A stretch of DNA of 60,000 bases, taken from contig MU054187.1 of the NCBI GenBank assembly GCA_013239625.1, forward strand, positions 14,294,974 through 14,354,973. The letters are read 5' to 3'. Numbering within the stretch: the stretch's first letter is position 1; each line of letters starts with the position of its first letter. This document shows positions 1 to 12,450 of this stretch, piece by piece. Made by a program: the position numbers and the translations under genes. This DNA is from Lama guanicoe (taxonomy: Eukaryota). The notes beneath the pieces are model-generated. The model saw only the letters and a list, made by a program, of their open reading frames with translations, did no database searches and was not told the DNA's origin.

Positions 1-369
1 CTTCTGGTTTTCCTGAATATTCTTTGTTTCTTCCATACCCTACTCAGAAAAGCAATCAATATCACTGCACTTAAACTTACATCAGCTCAAGAGAGTCTCA
101 ATGCCTGCCCTACTCCAGCAGTGTGTTCTTGAATCGAGAATGGCCGTTCCATATGGTTACCCCAGCCCGCCGCTGCTGCCGGCCAGAAACGTTTATTGTC
201 ACAGCTTCCTCAATGTGCCTCCTAATCCCGGGATTAGGGAAGAAGTCCCAGATTAGTAACATTCAGATGCCTGCTATTCCTGGCACACAGCTCAGAGGGC
301 CTACTGTGTGCTTGGGACACTTTCCAATGGGTTCTGTTTGCTCCTTCCAGCAGGCCTGTGGGCAGACAC

Positions 370-470
370 TGCTATTTCCACTGTGTAGCTGGAGAACTTG
401 AGGATCTCTAGAAATTAAGACATTGGCCCAAGATCCCACGGTTGGCTAGGGTCAGATCTCAATGTCCCGG
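370..470 (-). mobile_element. Degenerate MIR SINE fragment
   Basis: Resembles the MIR core in antisense (ggagaacttgagg...aaattaagacattggcccaagatcccacgg). Confidence 0.45.
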
Positions 471-1959
471 GGCCAGGTGCTATGGTCCCTTGTGTGCCCA
501 CCTCTTTCTGCTTTCCAGGCTCTCCAGTCAGAGCTCAGGGGACACTTGGTCAATGAATCCTCTTCCTTGGGACTAGAAAACCCGTAATGTATTTCCTTTT
601 CCTTTTAGGAACAAGAAGTTGGCTAATTATGGCTATTACAGTATTAAAACCACAATACCCTGGCTTCTGTTTTAGATCTAGAGAAATAGACTCTAGCTCT
701 GTGATACAGCTAATACAAACCTGGCCAAACAGAGTGAGTCAGATCATGCCCTCATCGGCTCAAAGATCCTCAGTATCTTCTCATCTCAGGGACTCGTCAA
801 GGTCCTTACAAGGTTTTCGAGAGCCTACGCTATCTGCTTCCAGCTCTCATGTGCCTCATCCTGCTCCCCCAGTCCCTACAGAGGACACCTTTCCAGCCAT
901 GGTCTCTGCGAGCGCCACCTCCCGGGGGTGTGCAGGGCGCAAGTTCCTGCAACTTTCTCCCTTGCTTATTCCACTTCAGCCATCAGCCTCTTTGGTGTCC
1001 ACTAACACACCCAGCCACACTTCTGCCCCTGGGCCTTTGCACCTTCTGTTCTAGTGTTAATGTGTGGTGGAGGCAGAATTCAAACCTAGGCATCGGGTCT
1101 AGGGTCCACACCCTTCACCATGAAACTCTACTACCTTTTCCCATGTAAAGGTCTTCACATTGGACCCCATCTTTCCCTTTTTCAGGAGAGATGCCCAGTA
1201 ACGTCAAATGATATCACCTTGTTTTCTAAGCCCTAGATCATCTGTGGGTTCTCACGTGGGGTTCAAAACCCTGTGCGTTAGGGAGACCTACTCCTGCTGC
1301 TTCTCCACTAATCAGAATAAGTTCTCGAACACAGGATGCCTCCCTAGCACCTCCCAATGGGTTCAGGACTGTGTTCTATTTTCTTATCTTAAGCCTGGGA
1401 GCTTGACCTCTCCCATTACTTGAAGCCTTTTTCAAAGGCTGCAGATTTTACATTTAATCTGAAGAAGACCCTGCTGGGACAGGCGGGTCTACCTTGCCAT
1501 TGGCTGGATCTGTCTGCACTTGGGTGATTACCCCGTCCAGACGCGCAAGGGCAGGTCACGCTGGCCTCCACTGGGGATGGCGTTTCCCTCAACTGGGCCC
1601 TTTGTGTTTATCATCTCATTTCCTCTTTGCTCTGCTTTATAAAGTGGCTCTGAACACGCCCCCTTCACAAATCTAATGTGACTAAGATTTGTAGTTAAGC
1701 CTGACTCCAAAGCCCATGCCTTTTCCAGTAAGCTGCCCTGCCTTTCCAAAGTAGGTAATTTCTCCATCTTGCCCAATCCCCAGTTTCTGGATCTGTGGCA
1801 CATTAAATGCATAAAAATGCAAAGAGGCACAGCAATGCTTCCATGTCTGAATGGTATCCAGCTTCCGTTAGCCTTAGAAGACACCCCAGTGGGAGGCGGG
1901 ATCTGAAACCCCGTCCAGGCCAGTGTCCATCAAGGCATGCCACTGTTCAGGACTCCAGA

Positions 1960-2165
1960 GCATTTTAACTGATAGTTAACATTTTAAATTTTCATTTGCT
2001 TTAGAGAAAGTAAAACCAGTACACCAAATCTATTATTTAAGATATTAATTAGGATGAAGCTATGTTTTTAAAAGTCCTTAAGAATAGTAAGGAACTAATG
2101 GTGCAGCCGGTTCACAGATGTGGCAAAAATCAAGACAATAAGTGACAAATATGAGAAACGTGTGT
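1960..2165. mobile_element. Old hAT-type DNA transposon remnant (MER112/MER113-like)
   Basis: AT-rich tract with ttaggatgaagct and cacagatgtggcaaaaatca, resembling the ends of hAT-Charlie MITEs; recalled similarity only. Confidence 0.35.
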
Positions 2166-2954
2166 ACTTCAGTGTGTAATGAGCAAATGGTTTTCCTTTT
2201 GTATCCAGCTGGTACCCTGACTTTTTAGCGAGTTAATGATAATGATTGTAAAGCAGTATGAGATTAGCTGGAATTGTCTATTGCTGGCTTTTTCAGAACT
2301 GTTATCTAAAAATGGGACTGTTTCCCTATCCTCCAGCACCTGAAAACCAAAATAGAAAACATAAAATGAAGAACGTCTTTCCCCTTCATGTGGACGTCTC
2401 ATGAGGTTTACTGAAAAACTACTTTTAACGCCATGAGTTTATGGGAAACAATAATCCATCCCAGGAATAAACAGTCAGTGGGATGACGATTTTCTAGGAA
2501 GTGCAATGTCTGGCTGCGGTAGCAGCAGCGATGAGCTGAGAGAGGGTTTTTGGCAGCGCTGGAGGGCCGTGGAAAGCCGTGAACTCTGATTAAGAAAGCA
2601 CTCATCTGTTTATCTCCGTGGGAGTGGGGGAGTGCCTTCCGTGAGGCATGAGGGTGTCCATCTTATCTGGGGATTTCCTTTGGCATTACAGAAAATGACT
2701 CAGGGTGCCTCCATTCCCCGGAAGGAGAGGTGAGAGGCCGGCCAACATCTCTGTGGGGTCTGGATGCTCACTGACATTGGCTCAGGGACTCTGGCCAAAC
2801 GATTCATCGGCTGCCTGCCTGGTTTGGAGGACAGCTCCATGCTGGGTTTCTAAGACAGAGCCCCTCAGCCCAGGAGAAACACACTCCTGTTTTGTCCCTT
2901 CCTAAATAAAAGCCATGGTAAGAAAGCACAGTGGCTCATGGAGTCTTTACAAAT

Positions 2955-3250
2955 GAGAGTATTCCATGTGCAGAAATGTTCAACGTTGTACTATTGGCAA
3001 CAGCAAAAACTTAGAGGCAACTATGCCTATGAGTGGGAGACTGATTTAGTATGTTGTGGTATGTCTGGTATGTCATATGATGAAAGACAATGAAAGACGT
3101 ATTTCGAAAACTGACAGCAGATCTATGTGAATGGACAGTGAAGGATGTCCAATACGTTTAAATGGAAAAGATAAGCCACAGAAGCACATGCAGAGTGTGG
3201 TCCAGGCTGTGTGTGTAATACACACCTATGGACTCAGTGCATAGAGAAAA
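2955..3250 (+). mobile_element. Ancient L1 (L1ME-like) 3' fragment
   Basis: aatgttcaacgttgtactattggcaacagcaaaaacttagaggcaact...gtggtatgt follows the L1 ORF2-end/3'UTR pattern. Confidence 0.5.
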
Positions 3251-4049
3251 CGTGCCTGTGGAAGGGGCCGACAGGGCTGCCTGATGAACCTGAGGAGAGG
3301 GTGAGAGAGGGGCCCCATGTTGCTACTTCTCCTTTCATGATCTGAGAGGAAAGGAGACATCTGAATTAATAGGACACATAGGTAACTGATCTTGTTCCCA
3401 GGACCCTTTGGGGGAAACCTGAACTTTTGCCCTTTTCTGGAACTGGGAAGAGCTGTTAGTGGCCCTCAGCCATTGTCTGAGGAGGTGATCAGACCCCCCC
3501 ACCCCGGGTCCTGAGGACCGGCCAGCCCAGGGGGACACTGAGGAGGGTGGGGCCTATTCTGCCTCTTGGACAGGACTGCTTCTTCCTCCATCTTCCACAG
3601 GGTTCCTGCTCCCCAACCTGCACCTGAAGGCCCAGGGCCCACCCCTCTCCCCTGGGCATTTCCCTAAACTCAAGGACTTCCCCTCCCTTGATCCTTTTGT
3701 CCAGGCATCTCTGCCAGGCAGCATATTTGCATGTTAACTGGGATTTTCTGGGAAAAACTCATTACCCAGAACAAATCCACCCATTCTTTCAACATGCAGG
3801 TGGTGAACACCTACTCCAGGCCAGGTGCTGGGAATAAATAGTGAGCCCTGCCTGGTGGAGGGCATCCTGCAGGGTCGGAGTCTGGCACAGGCGGGGCTGG
3901 GAGGGAATGGATTTCAGACAAGAGGGCAGCAAGAGCAAAAGGTGTTTTGGGAGAAGTGAGCTTCGTCGATGTGATCGAAGCAGACCACGTAGGCACTGCC
4001 CAGCATTGGTGGGAACGTATGTTTGGGGCATAATCAACTTAGGGATGGG

Positions 4050-4205
4050 AGAGCTGGGTTCAAATCTGGTCTCCATCACTGGCCCTCTGGGCAACCTTGG
4101 GCAAATCAAGTCACTCAAGCCCACAGTTTCCTCATGAGTGAAAAAGGGATAAAAACAGTGCCTGTGTACTAACCCATGGGATTCTCATCATGCTAACTGA
4201 GATGT
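4050..4205 (+). mobile_element. MIR SINE
   Basis: ctgggttcaaatctggtctccatcact...accttgggcaaatc...cagtttcctcat is the MIR core. Confidence 0.7.
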
Positions 4206-4379
4206 GTTGGGATTTACTTTCCACATCACAACGTCCTGGATGAATGTCGTTGAGATGTCTACTTGTTCTTCCAGGAGGCACAGTGTGGCCTTGTGGCCGG
4301 TGCCCCCTGGCCTCGGGTTGCTGGGATTGTGACACAGCAGATTGACGCGGTGACCAGGTGCCCGTAGTGGTCAGATGCA

Positions 4380-4570
4380 CAGACTCTGAGACCAGGTGTC
4401 TGGGTCCAGCTCTGTGACCTTGGGCAGTTCACCTAACTTCTCAGGACCCCAATTTTCTCATTTTAAAATGGAGAAAATAAGAGCAACAAGAAAAATAAAT
4501 AAATAAATAAAATAGAGACAATAATACAATAACTCACTGCATTGGCCTGTCGAGAAGATTAAATTCATGC
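4380..4570 (+). mobile_element. MIR SINE
   Basis: tgtgaccttgggcagttcacctaacttctc...ttttctcattttaaaatggagaaaataa is the MIR core. Confidence 0.7.
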
Positions 4571-5370
4571 AAATGCAACATCGGTGGCAAGTTCCCTGAC
4601 CTCAGTCTTGGTGAGGATTTTTTTGGTTTGACACTGAAAGCAACTGCAACAAAAGCTAAACTAAGCAAGAGGGACTATATCAAACTAAAACATTTCTGCA
4701 TAGCAAAGGAAACCATCAACAAAATGAAAAGGCAACCTATTGAATGGAAGAAAATATTTGCAAATCATATATTTGATAAGAAGCTAATATCCAAAATATA
4801 TGATGAAAACATGCAACTTAGTAGTAACAAAAAAAAAGTCCAATTTAAAAAATGGGCAGAGGCTTTGAATAGACAGTTTTCCAAAATAGACATACAGATG
4901 GTCAACAGATTCATAAAAAGGTGTTCAACATCACTAATCATCAGAGAAATGCAAGTCAAAATCACAATGCTATCACTTCACACCTGTTAGAATGTCTGAA
5001 ATCAAAAAGATAAAGAGATAAATGATGGTGAGCATTTGGAGAAAAGGGAACCCTTGTGCACTGTTGGTGGGAATGTAAATTGGAATGTAAATGCCACCTT
5101 GGAAACAGTAAGGAGTTTCCTTAAAAAATTAAAAATAGAACTACCGTGTGATCTAGCAGTCCGTCTTCTGGGTATTTATCCAAAAAAGCCCCCAAACACT
5201 AACTTGAAAATATATCTGCAGCACCATGTTTATTGCAGCATTATTTATAGCAGTCAAGACATGGAAACAACCTAAGTGTCCATTGGTGAATGAATGCATA
5301 AAGAAAATATTATATATATAAAACGTGTTTTACATATATATAAAAACACGTTATATATATATAATGTTTT

Positions 5371-5393
5371 ATGTGTGTGTGTGTGTGTGTGTA
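5371..5393. repeat. (TG)n microsatellite within L1
   Basis: atgtgtgtgtgtgtgtgtgtgta. Confidence 0.9.
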
Positions 5394-5766
5394 TAATGAA
5401 ATGTTATTCGGCCATAAAAAAGAAGGAAACCCTGCCATTTGTGACAGAACGGATGGACCTTGAGGGCATCGTGCTAAGTGCAGTAAGTCAGATGGAGCAT
5501 GACAAAATCCATATAATCCCACTTATATGTTATATCTGAAAAAACTAATAACCCGAAACAAAATCACTCTTGAATTCACAGATAATAGAAACAGATTAGT
5601 GGTTACCAGAGGCAGGGGCTAGGGAGCATGGGTGATACGGTGAAGGGGATCAAAAGGTACAAACTTTCAGTTATAAAATGAGTCCTGAAGATGGAATGTC
5701 CAGCATGGTGGCTATAGTTAACAATACTGTACTGTATATTTGAAAGTTGCTAAGAGAGTAAATCTT

Positions 5767-5886
5767 TTTGTTTGTTGGGGGGAGGTAATTAGGTTTATTT
5801 ATTTATTTAAATGGAGGTGCTGGGGATTGATCCCAGGACCTCAAGCGTGCTAAGCATGCACTCTACCACTGAGCTAGACCCTCCCC
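5767..5886 (-). mobile_element. Camelid tRNA-derived SINE (Vic-1-like) inserted in L1
   Basis: Antisense tRNA-Ala-like head, (TAAA)n and cctaattacctccccc tail; 17-bp TSD ctaagagagtaaatctt (5750-5766) / ctaagagggtaaatctt (5889-5905). Confidence 0.9.
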
Positions 5887-7518
5887 TACTAAGAGGGTAA
5901 ATCTTAAAAGTTCTCATTACAAGGAAAAGAAATGATAACTATGTATCATGGTGCTGTTTACTTGACTTATTGGGGCGATCATTTCACAATATAGACATAC
6001 ATTGAATCATTATGTTGTACACCTGAAACCAATATAAAGTTATATGTCAATTACATCTCAATTTTTAAAAATCCATGTTAAAGTAGTGAATGGTGAGCAG
6101 TGCCTGACTCGGGTTGGTCCAGTGTGAGCTATTGGCAGGGACCCCTGAGGAAGGGTCATACGCTCGGTGATGACTAAAGCTGGGTGGTGGGTGCATCAAG
6201 CACGCGGGTTGCCAGAGAGAATTCTGCTTCATTTCCTAGCAGAAGGGAGCCGAGAAGAATCAATGCATGACTAGTGGTCCCTATCAGGCTGATTCTCTGA
6301 CCATAGCATTAGTCACAGCTAAAGATGCATCAAATCCTAGGATGTGAGGCTTTCATATTTTTTTCTGAAACAAGAATGGGCTTCTAAATAATAAAACTAA
6401 CAGTGAGCCATTTAAAAAGAGCAAAGCTAGGGATTTCCACAACCAGTTCTGAGGATAAATAAAAATCAGTGGAAGACAACTATTCTGAAATGAATTAAAT
6501 TTATGAAGCTGTTGAATTTTGAGAAGAAAAGTGTTTTCCTGCTGATCTGGGGGGTGCTCCAGGAATACTGGGGACTTCAGGCATCATTCAGACAGCACTG
6601 ACCTCACTCCCGGTCATGCTCACATCCAGAGGGGAGATACAGAAGGGGTAAGACATTGCATCATCCTTCTTCCAGCATCAGGGATGAGGTGTGTGCTGAC
6701 TGCTGGTGAGCAGCACAGCAATAAAGGCTTTGGGATCTCACAGGAAACCTTGGGTTTTGAGGCCTGAGATGAGTAAGGAAAGATTCAAGGAGGAGATGCA
6801 CTCTGAGTCAGACTGGATGATGGGAAACTCTTTGGTACCAAAAAAAAAAAAAAGCCATTTAAAGCCTCTTCAAATTTAGTATGAGATGGACCAGAAAGGA
6901 AAGAAAAGTAGAATTTTAGAAATCAGTGTGGCAGAGAATCAGTGAGCAAGGGTTTCTCAGATAAAGTGAAACCAGATTCTGTCCACTGGCATCAGCTCCC
7001 AGGGAGCTGGAGACCTCAGGCCTCATGTGACCATGTTTTTAGTGAAAGGCACACATTCAAACAAAGGGATACAGGTTTAAATGTACCGTTTGGACAAGAT
7101 CTCAGTTAAATTTCCCAAAATAATTTATCAGATATCCAACCATGATATGTCCAATAAACTTGGGGACAGTTCATAACATTGAACAAAACTCCTTTGTGGG
7201 TATTTGTGTGAGCAACAGGAGAGCTATGTATAGACTTGTGGCAAAGCCTCGTGGGCTTTGAGCTTTGCTGTTGTTTTTTGTTTTTCCTAGTCAGCAACTA
7301 AGTGACCATGTGCATCTCTAGCCTCTGCAAAGAAACACTACGTAGGAGTGAAATGTAGAGAAATTTGCAGTTTCCAGGGTGACCACGATTCTGGCGGGTA
7401 GAACCCAGCTCCAACAGAATGATGCCACCAGGAGCTCCCTGTCCAAGGCGGACTTGGAGTTGAAACCAATCAATAACTGTTCTGTCCACTATCACTGATA
7501 ATCGTTTACCGTGAAGCC

Positions 7519-7947
7519 TGTGGATTGAAAGTCCCCCACTTCCAAAAACTAAAAATAAAAAAGATACAGAACCTGTGAATGTGATGTTATTTGGAAAAAG
7601 AGTCTTTACAGATGTAATCAAGGATCTTGAGATGGATTCATCCTTGGTTAGGGTAGATCCTAAATCTAAGGACAAGTGTCTTTGTAAGAGAGGAGAGGGT
7701 CATGTGAAGATGAAGGCAGAGGTTGGAGTGATGCATCTCTGAGCCAAGGAACATCAAGGATCAGCAGCCGCCGCCAGAAGCCACACGATGCCAAGTACTC
7801 TCCCCTGCAGTCGTCTGTGGAGCGCAGCACGACAATACCTGGATTTTGGACTTGTGGCCTCCGGAACTGTGAGAGAAGGCATTTCTGTTGTTTTCAGCCA
7901 CTCAGCTGGTGGTAGTTTATTACCAGCAGCCTCAGGAAACTCATACA
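7519..7947 (+). mobile_element. MaLR solo LTR (MLT1C-like)
   Basis: agaacctgtgaatgtgatgttatttggaaaaagagtctttacagatgtaatc...catgtgaagatgaaggcagaggttggagtgatgc...ggcctccggaactgtgagaga...gcagcctcaggaaactcataca. Confidence 0.88.
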
Positions 7948-8329
7948 AGACCCGTGAATTTTCTTTATATGGCATCTAACAGAAGACGTTGATTCAAAAG
8001 GGGTTCTTTTGTTTTTAAAGAAAGCCCCCACCCCCACTCCCACCACTAACACTGACCAGGGAGCAGCATCCAGAACAGTGGAGGGGACAGAGTAGGAAGA
8101 AGTTGGCCCCAGAACTGAATCCCCAGCTGCGACCCTGGAGGAGCCAAGCCACCTCTGTCCCTTATCTGTCAAATGAGGATGGTATGGAGAGGAGTAAACT
8201 AGAAAAATCGTGGGAACGTGTCCATATAAAGGGCTGGCTTCCCCTTCTCGCTTCCGGGTTCCCCACTAGGAAGAACATTCTTGTTGACCCAGTGGCTGTC
8301 CCCCTACAGAGTTGGTGGAGAGACGCAGA

Positions 8330-8530
8330 GTGTGAGCCCTGCAGGCAGGCTGCCTGGGCTCCTGTCCTACAGCTCTGTGACCACTGGGGCAAGTTCCTTC
8401 CCCAAGCTTCTGCTCCTTATCCATACAGCAAAAATAATAATAAAAACACCTAGTCAACAGCATTGATCATAGGTTGGACGTAAAGACTGAGGAACTTAAT
8501 ACATGGGAGGTAGTTGATCAGCGTAATGCT
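8330..8530 (+). mobile_element. MIR SINE
   Basis: ctgcctgggctcc...agctctgtgaccactggggcaagttccttccccaagcttctgctccttatcc; MIR core-like. Confidence 0.55.
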
Positions 8531-9223
8531 CGGCCCATAGCCAGCTCTCAGAATTTGCCTGTCCTCAGCAGTACCACTCAGCTCTGATAATGAATCTCCA
8601 AGGGTGTGGCCCCATTGCGATGAAGCCATCTTCTTCAACCTCAGACCTCCTGGGTCTCCTTGATTTCCTTTCATTTCACCCACATAACTTGCCTGTTCTG
8701 AATGCAGATGCCAGCACCTTGATGAGGTAAACCTGATCATCCAGTTAACAATGATCGGCTTTAGAGCTGGGGAGGAGGGGGAGCGGGAGGCATAGGAAGA
8801 CACACTCAGCACAAGGTTTGTATTTTTTATTTTTTTGTTTTTACAGCTTAGGTGCATTTGTGGACACTCAGCCCAGGGTTTTGAGAAACATGATCGACAA
8901 ATCACGAGGTCCTACATCTTCACTGCTTTCGCTAATGAAGAGGAAATTTTTCAGGGTTAATATTTTTGTTGTGAAGAATCACTTATTTAAAGTTTGGCAA
9001 CACCTTTGATTACTTTTCTTTTTCTGTTAAATTCAAGAAAAATTGAATTTTCAACTTAAAACACCCATGTATTGAATAATCTCATTTTTGTAAAGTTTAT
9101 CGATCTGACCCTGCCTTTTATAAGTGTATATGCATACAGCAATGTCAGGGACGATGGTCATCAAATGTTGACAGTGATATGTTATGATGCAATTTTCCTT
9201 CGCACATTTCTGTGTTCCTTGAG

Positions 9224-9282
9224 CATGTGTATGTGTGTGTGTATAAATGTGTGTGTGTGTGTACATATATGTATGTATATAA
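9224..9282. repeat. Compound (TG)n/(TA)n microsatellite
   Basis: atgtgtatgtgtgtgtgtataaatgtgtgtgtgtgtacatatatgtatgtatat. Confidence 0.85.
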
Positions 9283-9344
9283 ACATGTATTACGTTCACA
9301 AAAACAACACGGTTATTTCTAAAAACTTATCTGTTGGTAGCTAG

Positions 9345-9665
9345 AATTGGTAAATTCATAGAGACAGAAAGTAGACTAGAGTTTACCAGGAGTTCAGGGG
9401 AGTGCGGAATGGAGAGTTCCTCTTTCATGGGTACAGAGTTTCTGTTTGGGATGATGAAAAAGTTCTGGAAATGGATAATGGTGATGGTTGCACAACATTT
9501 GGAATGTGTTTAGCGCCACTGAATTGTACCCTGGAAAATGGTTAAAATGGTCAATTTTATTATACAAACACACACACATATACACATATATACATACATA
9601 TATTTGTGTATATATGTGTACATATGTATATGTGTGTATTTCATTTAACCACAGTGAAAATTAAA
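9345..9665 (+). mobile_element. L1MB-like 3'UTR fragment with (CA)/(TA) tract
   Basis: aaattcatagagacagaaagtaga...gggtacagagtttctgtttgggatgatgaaaaagttctggaaatggataatggtgatggttgcacaac...aaaatggttaaaatgg. Confidence 0.85.
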
Positions 9666-11349
9666 AAGCTTACCTCTGTGTTTCCCATCCCTCAGCCACT
9701 GTGACAGTAAACGTCTAGGTGGCCAGTGTGGCGGCTGACTTCTCCAGGTCAGTATTTGCACAAGCGAGACCGTAGTGATTTAACTTCAAGAAGAGACTAA
9801 AGGGGGGATTTCAGGATCTTAGGCAGGGCTTGAGGAAGAAAAACCTGCTAAATAACTTCGAGCGGAAGAGAGGGGTGGGGCTGAAGAGGATCTTTCCTTG
9901 AAAGCCCAGCAGGTAGGAGGGGGCTTTCTTTACCTTTTCCTTTTCCTTTGCAGAACTAGCCAAGAAGTTCTGAGCTTTGAGCTGCTGTTGGAGCCCTGTG
10001 CTCTGTAACCTCTCATTCAGCTAAGTGTCCCATGTCTGGCTCAGTGATCCAATAACCAAGTCCAAGTTTACGTCTGTATGTCTGGCTGGGGCCTGTCATC
10101 TTCCATGGAAGTGCAGTCCTGTAGTACGTGCTCTCTCTCTCTGAGGAAGACAGATGGATCAGCAAATCGTGGGCAGGCGACAGGATCTCAGGCCCCACCT
10201 CCAGCCTGTCAATTCCAAGCCCCTCAGAACCTCTGTTGTACTTGCTGTCATGGCAACTGCTGGGGAAAACACCTGGCGGAGAGGGAGCCGCCAAAGCCCA
10301 CTGCAGCAAAAGCCAGGGACGCGGAAGAGGGTATTTCCGGGACAGTGAGCAATGAGAAACGAAGGGGCCAGATCGGAGCCCGCCAGCCTGAGCGGTCTGG
10401 AAGGGTTTGACTCAGAGTTTAACCCACAGAGGCTGAAAATATAATTTAAAAAAAAAAATATGATCGCTTCTGTAAGTGCTAAATACCGAAAGACTCTTTG
10501 TAAGCTCCTTTCTCCGTCTTTATTCTGGGGCATGATGACCAATAAGACTGCTGGCCTCCGCTCCTGGCCCTTCACGGGGTTTATAATTACAGCAGCTCCG
10601 CAGAGAGCTCCCAAACACCCCGGCCCAGCCAGGCGGACACCAGCTGTTCGCACACAGACCTTGAAGAGAGCAATGCCTGCAGACAGTAAAGCGTGTTCTC
10701 GTATTAGCGTCTTGCTCTGAGCACTGCCCCGCTACACTAACATAAGTCACAGGAGGCAAAGTGGCTTCCCTGTGTGTGTTTCTCCTCTCCACAACCCCCC
10801 CCACCTTTTTTTAACATAGAGTTTTAAATTTCACGTTCTGTGATCTAACTTCCCATTTCCCACTCACAAACAAATGACATCTGGCCACTCTCAACAATAA
10901 ACTTGGAAAGATGAGACATTTCCTGTTAGTTCTCCATGTAACCCCTGCTTAAACTTTCAAATTCCTGAAAGAATTGCCTGAAAAATAAATGGATCATTAA
11001 AAAGTGAGGAAAAGATGGGGGCTGGGGATGGGGGGACCTGCCACAAGAGCCCTTTGACAGTTAATGCTGATAAGCTCTTACCAATTTTTCAGCTCTTTTT
11101 TTCCTTTAACCATGTTATAGCACAGTGGACGATCAAAGCGGATTTGCTATCCTGCACAACCCGCTTGTGGGAAAACCTTCTTCCAAGCTGCTGGGTCCCC
11201 CATCACGGCTAACTGCCCTATTCCTGTAAGTGGTGGCAGGAAATATTCTTTTAAAGGACTTACCGGTTTTTTAGCACCCAGCTTATCTGCCCACTCAGTT
11301 CCTTAGAAATGGCATGTGGCTTCACAACCTCAACAGTTACACAATACTT

Positions 11350-12450
11350 TTCACTTCTTTCAAATGTCCATTTCCAAACCTGGACTTTCGGTTTCATCTT
11401 CAACTGCCAGGGGGACACAGGGACATTTCTTCATGGAGACCCTGCCTTTGTCTCATAATCAGCATGACTGAGGCTGCTTACTCCTCACCAGTTTCCCAAA
11501 GCGAGCTCCCTCTTCCACACTTCCTCTTTCTCTCCACTTTTCCAGCTTCTTCCAAGATTCAGGCTCAAGCCGTGGATTAATCCCCAAATCAGTCCATAGA
11601 GACGGCACTCCATCCTATCACGTCACACACGGCTCCCTTTCCGGTTCCTACAACCACCAACCATCCCCGTGAGCCTTTGCCCACGTGCTTCACATGCTCA
11701 GTGATTTCCTAGTGGGTCTCCCTCTGCCACTCCCTGTCCCCACGCATCCACGAGGCCCCCCGTAGCTAGTCTTTCTAACCGATCGCTTTAATCCAGCGTT
11801 TTCCTGCTCGCAATCTCTTGGTGCATTCTCAAAGCTTCCACACGGCATGGGCTTCATAGGGGCCCCAGCTTGGCAGTCGCACAGGGCTCCGGAGGGCACT
11901 GCACCTGGTTCAGTGCTCTGCTGCACTGTCTTGAAACTTACATTTTTTAACGAGGACCCCGGATTTTCATTTTGCACTGAGCCCTGCAGATTAGGTAACT
12001 GGTCCTGCTTCCATGCCAAGTCCCTGGCTTGGCATTAAGAATTCTCACAACCTGGCTGGCCCTTCTCTGTAGTCTAATGATCGGATCTCGACATCAACCC
12101 CCAACTCCAGCCATTCATATCGATGGTATATTGCAACGGGAACATGCCATGCTCATTCTTGGTTCTACTTCTTTGTTCATTGAATTCCCTCCCCAAGCAC
12201 ATCTTCCCTACTCCAACGCCCTCTCATTTCAATACTACTTATATCTCAGTATCCTCCTCCCCCATAATCACTCCCTGCGCTCTGCTCCTCTGAAGATGAT
12301 AGTCAGCCTCATCTGGCTCTTATGCACTTATTTTTCTTACTTTCTCCTTTTACTCCCTGAACCTTGTCCTCCCAACCAGTAAATACCGGGCTCTGAGAGC
12401 ATGTCTTAATGTCAGCTCAATCCCTACGATGCCTTGCAGGGTGCGTGGGT
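11350..12450 (-). mobile_element. L2 LINE remnant (fragmented), interrupted by MER91A
   Basis: Pyrimidine-rich antisense L2-like segments (ggacatttcttcatggagaccctgc; cctagtgggtctccctctgccactc; gggctctgagagcatgtcttaatgtc). Confidence 0.55.
11843..12007 (+). mobile_element. hAT-Tip100 MITE (MER91A-like)
   Basis: gcagtcgcacagggc...ctgtcttgaaactt...attttcattttgcactgagccctgcagattaggtaactggtcctg; degenerate 8-bp TSD cttccaca / cttccatg. Confidence 0.8.

Larger units (their letters stand above)
4585..6070 (+). mobile_element. 5'-truncated LINE-1 (L1MA9-like): ORF2 C-terminus plus 3'UTR
   Basis: ORFs 4628-4990 ([44 protein letters not shown]) and 5036-5275 ([15 protein letters not shown]) are L1 ORF2p C-terminal sequence with stops; typical 3'UTR ends ...tgtacacctgaaaccaatataaagttatatgtcaattacatctcaat. 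Confidence 0.92.

Noticed and set aside
4628..5539. ORFs with clear protein similarity
   Set aside because: Broken L1 ORF2p C-terminal fragments, not a host gene.
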